From Acidobacteriota bacterium (GTDB taxonomy: Bacteria; Acidobacteriota; UBA6911; RPQK01; JAJDTT01): DNA of 64,000 nt. Below, in pieces: positions 59,212 through 64,000 of this stretch. The stretch's first letter is position 1. Every line of letters starts with the position of its first letter. A program made the position numbers and the translations under genes. Location: assembly GCA_965263035.1 (NCBI GenBank), contig OZ253580.1, positions 5,280,001-5,344,000 of the forward strand, given 5' to 3'. Under the pieces are notes generated by a model, which saw nothing but the letters and a program-made list of their open reading frames with translations, did not search any database and was not told where the DNA came from.

Positions 59212-60162
59212 CTATCGGTCGCTGTGCAGCAGGTCGACCAGTTGCAGAAAGAGCCGATCCCGGCGCGACTGCCGCTCCTCGATTCGCTCGGGAGTGTAGT
59301 CGTAGATTCCCCTTCCGCTCTTGACTCCGTAGCGCCCTTCCTTCACCAGGCGGTCTACCGCGGGCGGCAGACTCCGGCTTGACGAGATCTCCTTCAGCAG
59401 ATGGCCGAAGACGTGACCGGTGATGTCGAGGCCGGCGAAGTCCGCGATCTCGAATGGTCCGGCTGCCGCCAATCGGAGTCCTATGCTGGAACTGACCGCC
59501 AGGTCGACCTGTTCCGGTGTGGCGACGCCCTGTTCGACCAGATCCCAGATCTCGCGGAAGACGGCGGCCTGAATCCGGTTGACCAGGAAACCGGGGACCT
59601 CCCGTCGGAGCCGGATCGCCAGCTTGCCGTTCCGATCCAGCAGGTCCATTGCGCTCCGGACGGTTTTCTCGCTGGTCTCGCGGCCGGGCACGACTTCCAC
59701 CAGGGGGATGATGTGGGGGGGATTGAACCAGTGGGTGACCAGCGTCCGGTTGGGATGCCGGAGGCCCCGGGACATCTCGGTCATGGGAAAGGTGGAGGTG
59801 TTGCTGGCGAGGATCGTCTCTTCGGAGACCAGATCCTCCAGCCGTTTGAAGAGATCCTTCTTGGTCGGGAGATCCTCCCGGACCGCCTCGACGACGAAAT
59901 CGGCTCCCTGGACGGACGGTTCCAGCTCGGAGACGACCTCGATCCGGTCGAGCACCGCCTCCGGATCCAGTCCCGGGGAGAGTCCCAACCGTGCCTTCTG
60001 ATCCAGGTTGGCGCGGATCCGGTCCTGCAGGGATTTTCGCGCCTGAGCCGCGGAATCGTAGGCTCGGACGAGATGGCCGGTCGAGGCAAAGATCTGGGCG
60101 ATCCCGTGCCCCATGGTCCCCAGGCCAAGTACGGCGATACGCTCTGCCGCCATTGGATTCAA
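59212..60162 (-). CDS. 3-hydroxyacyl-CoA dehydrogenase
   Basis: GLGTMGHGIA, VEAVRE..K, ASNTS, HWFNPP..LVE, GFLVNR. Confidence 0.92.
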   Translation of the reverse strand: MNPMAAERIAVLGLGTMGHGIAQIFASTGHLVRAYDSAAQARKSLQDRIRANLDQKARLGLSPGLDPEAVLDRIEVVSELEPSVQGADFVVEAVREDLPTKKDLFKRLEDLVSEETILASNTSTFPMTEMSRGLRHPNRTLVTHWFNPPHIIPLVEVVPGRETSEKTVRSAMDLLDRNGKLAIRLRREVPGFLVNRIQAAVFREIWDLVEQGVATPEQVDLAVSSSIGLRLAAAGPFEIADFAGLDITGHVFGHLLKEISSSRSLPPAVDRLVKEGRYGVKSGRGIYDYTPERIEERQSRRDRLFLQLVDLLHSDR

Positions 60163-61145
60163 CTCGATCCCGCGCTCGACGAGACCGCCGCCCCTCCGGT
60201 GATCTGAGCGATGATATCCAGGCCGACCCTCTCGCTCCAGGCGTCCATGAGCCGGTGGAAGACGGGCCCGCCGGCCTTGCCGTCACCGATGGTCGCTCCG
60301 TTGATCCGGGTGACCGGGGCGATGCAGTAAGGCGTGGTCAGGAGCAATGCTTCCTCAGCATTCATCACATCGTAGACTTGGAAATCCCGCTGTTCGAAAG
60401 GAATTCCCAGTTCCCCGCAGAGTTCGGAAACGGTTAACAAACTGACTCCCTGTAGGGTGTTGCGAGCCGAAGGGGCGACGACCCCACCGTCCTGAACGAT
60501 GGCGAAGTTGGAGCCGCTGGTCTCGGTCACGTTGCCGTCCAGGTCCAGTAGAAGAGTGATCGCACGAGGATCCACCTGGTGTGTCTCCTGGTCGGCCAAC
60601 CACTGATGCATCCGGCTGCGATGCTTGATCTTGGAGTCCACGCATTGGGGCGGGTAATGGCGGATCGAGGGAGTGACCACGTGAGCCCCCTCCGTGAAGA
60701 GCTGGGTGAAAGCCTCGAAGGGAACGGGAAAGGTGTGGATGCAGAGGGTGGGCACCATCTCTTTGGGGGTTCCGGGCAGGGCGGAGTAGGAGGCGATTTC
60801 CCCGGCCGTCATGAAGTGGACCATCGACAGTTCCCGGCCGGGCGGGAGGAACTTGGCGTTGTGACGAACCAGTTCCCGGGAGATCTCCTCCATCCGGTCT
60901 CGATCGAAGGGAGGCCGGATCCGGGTGTACCGGGCCGAACGGTAGAACCGGTCGATGTGATCTTCCAGCCGGAAGGGCCGGTGATGGAAGGTCCGCGTCA
61001 TGTCGGTCACCGTGGCTCCCAGGATGATGCCGGCGTCGTAGATGGCGATGGACGCCTGGGAGGCCGGGACCATTCGGTCCTTCAGGAAAACCAGCGGTTC
61101 CTGGTCGGCCTTGGAGTTGGGAAGGAGGGAAATTGGGGTTGACAT
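60159..61145 (-). CDS. class IV PLP-dependent aminotransferase
   Basis: FRLEDHIDR, IKHRSR, ETSGSN, LQGVS, EEALL. Confidence 0.88.
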   Translation of the reverse strand: MSTPISLLPNSKADQEPLVFLKDRMVPASQASIAIYDAGIILGATVTDMTRTFHHRPFRLEDHIDRFYRSARYTRIRPPFDRDRMEEISRELVRHNAKFLPPGRELSMVHFMTAGEIASYSALPGTPKEMVPTLCIHTFPVPFEAFTQLFTEGAHVVTPSIRHYPPQCVDSKIKHRSRMHQWLADQETHQVDPRAITLLLDLDGNVTETSGSNFAIVQDGGVVAPSARNTLQGVSLLTVSELCGELGIPFEQRDFQVYDVMNAEEALLLTTPYCIAPVTRINGATIGDGKAGGPVFHRLMDAWSERVGLDIIAQITGGAAVSSSAGSS

Positions 61146-61148
61146 GGT

Positions 61149-62138
61149 TCAGAGCTCCGTTCCTACGTGCTGTTCCTGGATCTCCTGAATTCGGAGGATC
61201 GATCCCGGGTCGAACTCCAGACGGGCAGCTTGCAGGTTGTCCTCAAGCTCGGTGACGTTCATGGCTCCGGGAATGGTGGTCGCGACCTGGTCCTGGGAGA
61301 GGCAGTAGCCCAGAGCGGCTTGAGCCGGGGAGCAACCCAGCCCACGATGGAGGAAATCGAATCGCTCCGACGCCTCCACCAGGGAAAGGTGTCTCTCCCG
61401 GGGCCAGGTGGATCGAACGTCCGAGGTCGGGTCGAATACGGTCTCCCGGGTGAAACGGCCGGTCAGATAGCCGAAGAAGAAGGGCTCGCGGCAGACCACG
61501 CCGACGTCCAATTGCTTGAGCCGGGGGAGGATTCTCTCCCGGGCGCTCCAGCTCATCAGGTTGAACCGGAGTTGGACCACCTCCACCTCTTCCTCTTCGC
61601 AGAGAGGCAGGAAGAAGGATTCGCTCTCGGTGTGGGATGCCGGGAACGAGATCCCGTAGGCGCGAATGATCCCCCGCCTCTTGAGTTCCCTGAGGGCGGC
61701 CATGCCCGAAGGCTGGTAGAGACCGGCCTCGGGTGAGTGCAGGACGTAGACGTCGATGTAGTCCGTTCCCAGGCGCTCCAGAGAATCCTCATAGTGAGCC
61801 ATGATGTAGTCGCCTGAGTAGTCGCTGGTATAGCGATTATCCTTCAGGAATATGCCCACCTTGGTGGACACGATGACCTCTTCCCGCCGGTTCTGTATGA
61901 CCCGTCCCACCAGCCGCTCGGAATGACCGTCGCCGTACCAGGGGGCCGTGTCGAGGAAGTTGACTCCCTGATCCAGGGCATGGCGGAGCATCCTCAACGA
62001 TTCGGTATCGTCCACTTGGCCATACCCGGAGATGGTCCCGTCCCGCTCCATGGGACCCCCGATCCCCCAGCACCCCAGGCCCACGACCGAGACCTCCATT
62101 CCGGTCCTGCCCAATTGTCTGGTCTTCAAACGGTCCAT
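61149..62138 (-). CDS. aldo/keto reductase
   Basis: LGCWGIGG, DTAPWYG, STK, YIDVYVLH, IPG. Confidence 0.92.
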   Translation of the reverse strand: MDRLKTRQLGRTGMEVSVVGLGCWGIGGPMERDGTISGYGQVDDTESLRMLRHALDQGVNFLDTAPWYGDGHSERLVGRVIQNRREEVIVSTKVGIFLKDNRYTSDYSGDYIMAHYEDSLERLGTDYIDVYVLHSPEAGLYQPSGMAALRELKRRGIIRAYGISFPASHTESESFFLPLCEEEEVEVVQLRFNLMSWSARERILPRLKQLDVGVVCREPFFFGYLTGRFTRETVFDPTSDVRSTWPRERHLSLVEASERFDFLHRGLGCSPAQAALGYCLSQDQVATTIPGAMNVTELEDNLQAARLEFDPGSILRIQEIQEQHVGTEL

Positions 62139-62328
62139 GAAACGTAGTGTAGCAGTCCGAGGCGAAAGTCTCGTTTACCGCCGACGGCATCTCCGAGGTT
62201 CGAAACGGAGCTCACCAGGCGGCCATGCGTCCCCGGAACCCGAATTGAATCGGTGGACCGGCCCCAATAAAATGAACACCAGCCGTTCGGGCGGTCGGAG
62301 CAGCATGACTGTCGGCGGAAAGGTCGCG

Positions 62329-63759
62329 ATGATGACCCGCACAAACTTTCCCCTCGGCAGTGCTGAGCGCCCTCTCCGCGTTGCCATCGTTGGCTCGGGG
62401 CCCTCCGGTTTCTACGCCGCCGACGCTCTCTTCAAGCAAAAGGGTGTGCATCTGCGCATCGACATGTTCGAGCGCATGGCCATGCCGTACGGGTTGGTTC
62501 GTTACGGCGTGGCTCCGGACCACCAGAGCATCAAGCGCGTCATCCGCAGCTATGAGAAGACGGCTCGGGACGCGCGTTTTCGATTTTTCGGCAACGTTCT
62601 GGTGGGACGCGACCTCCCGGTGGAACAACTGAGTCAGCACTTCGACCAGGTCGTCTACGCTTTCGGTTGCGGTTCGGACCGGCGGTTGGGCATCCCCGGA
62701 GAGGACCTTCCGGGGAGCCACACGGCAACGGCCTTCGTGGCCTGGTACAACGGGCATCCCGATCACTGCAACGACCGGTTCGATCTCTCCGGCCGCCGCG
62801 TGGCGGTGGTGGGTGTCGGCAACGTGGCCATGGACGTGACCCGGATTCTGCTCAAGGACCCGGAGGATCTGGCTTCCACCGACATCGCCGATTACGCTCT
62901 GGACGCCCTGCGCAAGAGCCGGATCAAAGAAGTCCTGGTCCTGGGACGCCGAGGTCCGGTCCAAGCGAAGTTCACACCTAAGGAGATTCAGGAGATCGGC
63001 AGCCTGCCCGACGTGGATGTGATGGTGAGACGGCATGACCTGGAACTGGACGAGCACTCTCTATCCGAGATGCGAAAGAAAGGGCCGGCGCGCCGCAACG
63101 TACAGTACCTGATGGAGCGGGCCCGGCTGGGGTCCCAAGGGGGTTCGCGCCGCGTCCTCTTGCAGTTTCTTGCTTCGCCGGTGGAGATCATCGCGACCGG
63201 CGGGAGGGTCGGAGCAGTACGGGTCGAGCGAAATCGGCTGGTGGCCGACGAACACGGACGGATCCGGTCCGTCGGAACCGGAGTGACTGAATTGGTTCCC
63301 GTGGATCTGGTGCTTCGATCCGTGGGTTACCGAGGTGTTCCTCTCCCTGGAATCCCGTTCGATGACGGGAGGGGAGTCGTACCCAGCGCCCAGGGCCGTG
63401 TTCTGCGCCGTCGCGGCGAGACGAACGGCACGGGAGAGTACGTTGTGGGTTGGATCAAGCGCGGACCCACCGGGCTCATCGGAACCAACAAGGGAGACTC
63501 GGCGGAAACCGTTCGCAGCATGATGGAGGATATCCGTGGCAGGGAGGCCGAATCGATTTCCGAACGTTCCGGCAAAGCCGTGTCGCGCCTCCTGCTGGAC
63601 CGGGGAATCCGCCCGATTCATTTCTCCGATTGGAATATCATCGACCGGGAAGAGCAGGAACGGGGCCGGCGACGAGGCAAGCTGCGGGAGAAGATCACCG
63701 ATCCGGCGGAGGTGACCTCGTTGTTGGATGGACAGCGTCTCGGCCCTCCAGTGGGATAG
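62329..63759 (+). CDS. fprA: ferredoxin--NADP+ reductase (FprA/adrenodoxin reductase type)
   Basis: VGSGPSGFY, GLVRYGVAPDH, WYNGHP, GNVAMDV, GRRG, GWIKRGPTG.IG.N; start may be 62305. Confidence 0.9.
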   Translation: MMTRTNFPLGSAERPLRVAIVGSGPSGFYAADALFKQKGVHLRIDMFERMAMPYGLVRYGVAPDHQSIKRVIRSYEKTARDARFRFFGNVLVGRDLPVEQLSQHFDQVVYAFGCGSDRRLGIPGEDLPGSHTATAFVAWYNGHPDHCNDRFDLSGRRVAVVGVGNVAMDVTRILLKDPEDLASTDIADYALDALRKSRIKEVLVLGRRGPVQAKFTPKEIQEIGSLPDVDVMVRRHDLELDEHSLSEMRKKGPARRNVQYLMERARLGSQGGSRRVLLQFLASPVEIIATGGRVGAVRVERNRLVADEHGRIRSVGTGVTELVPVDLVLRSVGYRGVPLPGIPFDDGRGVVPSAQGRVLRRRGETNGTGEYVVGWIKRGPTGLIGTNKGDSAETVRSMMEDIRGREAESISERSGKAVSRLLLDRGIRPIHFSDWNIIDREEQERGRRRGKLREKITDPAEVTSLLDGQRLGPPVG

Positions 63760-63918
63760 GAGTCTGCGCGGTAGAAATGATCGTAGCGAGAAAGTGGGGA
63801 ATCGAGGCCGGATTTTCTCGATTTGGAGGTGCATAGTTGTTCTATTCGCCGAGAAATCGGGGAAATATGGACCGATTCTACCGCTTTCGCAGTAGATCAA
63901 TTTCTGCGGCGCAGGCTC
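63760..63918. mobile_element. MITE family B, copy 2
   Basis: Differs from 4964-5122 at only a few bases; begins right after the TAG stop of the reductase. Confidence 0.82.
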
Positions 63919-64000
63919 CTGGATCGCCGGCAGCCGCCAAGCGGTATTCTCAGTCGAGACGGCCTTCCTGACAGGAAAGGGGAAGACAACATGGGGTCGA

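Noticed and set aside
1-64000. CRISPR array, tRNA, rRNA, integrase or prophage genes
   Set aside because: No regularly spaced repeats, tRNA arms, rRNA signatures, recombinase or phage structural motifs were seen by eye.

Overview
GC-rich bacterial chromosomal window. Gene content (DUF1501/PSD1 pairs, PQQ propellers, TPR and FG-GAP proteins, many SSS transporters and TA modules) suggests Acidobacteriota or a similar PVC-like lineage; this is an inference. 1-25 kb and 49-64 kb carry housekeeping and catabolic genes plus six short non-autonomous IS-like elements (MITEs) of three families. 25-49 kb is an accessory/defence region. It holds vapBC, a cytochrome-c/DUF1549/DUF1553 gene broken by an intact IS1380, and a 2.5-kb direct duplication (DUF1553 3' part + DUF1501) bracketing a ~9-kb island. 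The island has a Menshen-like DUF262/ATPase-DUF3696/effector operon and a KAP-NTPase + HEPN-like gene pair. Around it are remnants of a DUF499-DUF1156-helicase system, orphan antitoxins, a low-GC HEPN (RxxxxH) gene and a complete IS1595 with a deleted methylase-nuclease passenger. The best candidates for novelty are the KAP-NTPase/HEPN-like pair, a sodium:solute symporter with an FHA-like domain inserted in its last loop, and a cysteine-less SCO domain fused to an FG-GAP protein. No rRNA, tRNA or CRISPR array was seen. All family assignments come from motif recognition by eye, not database searches.
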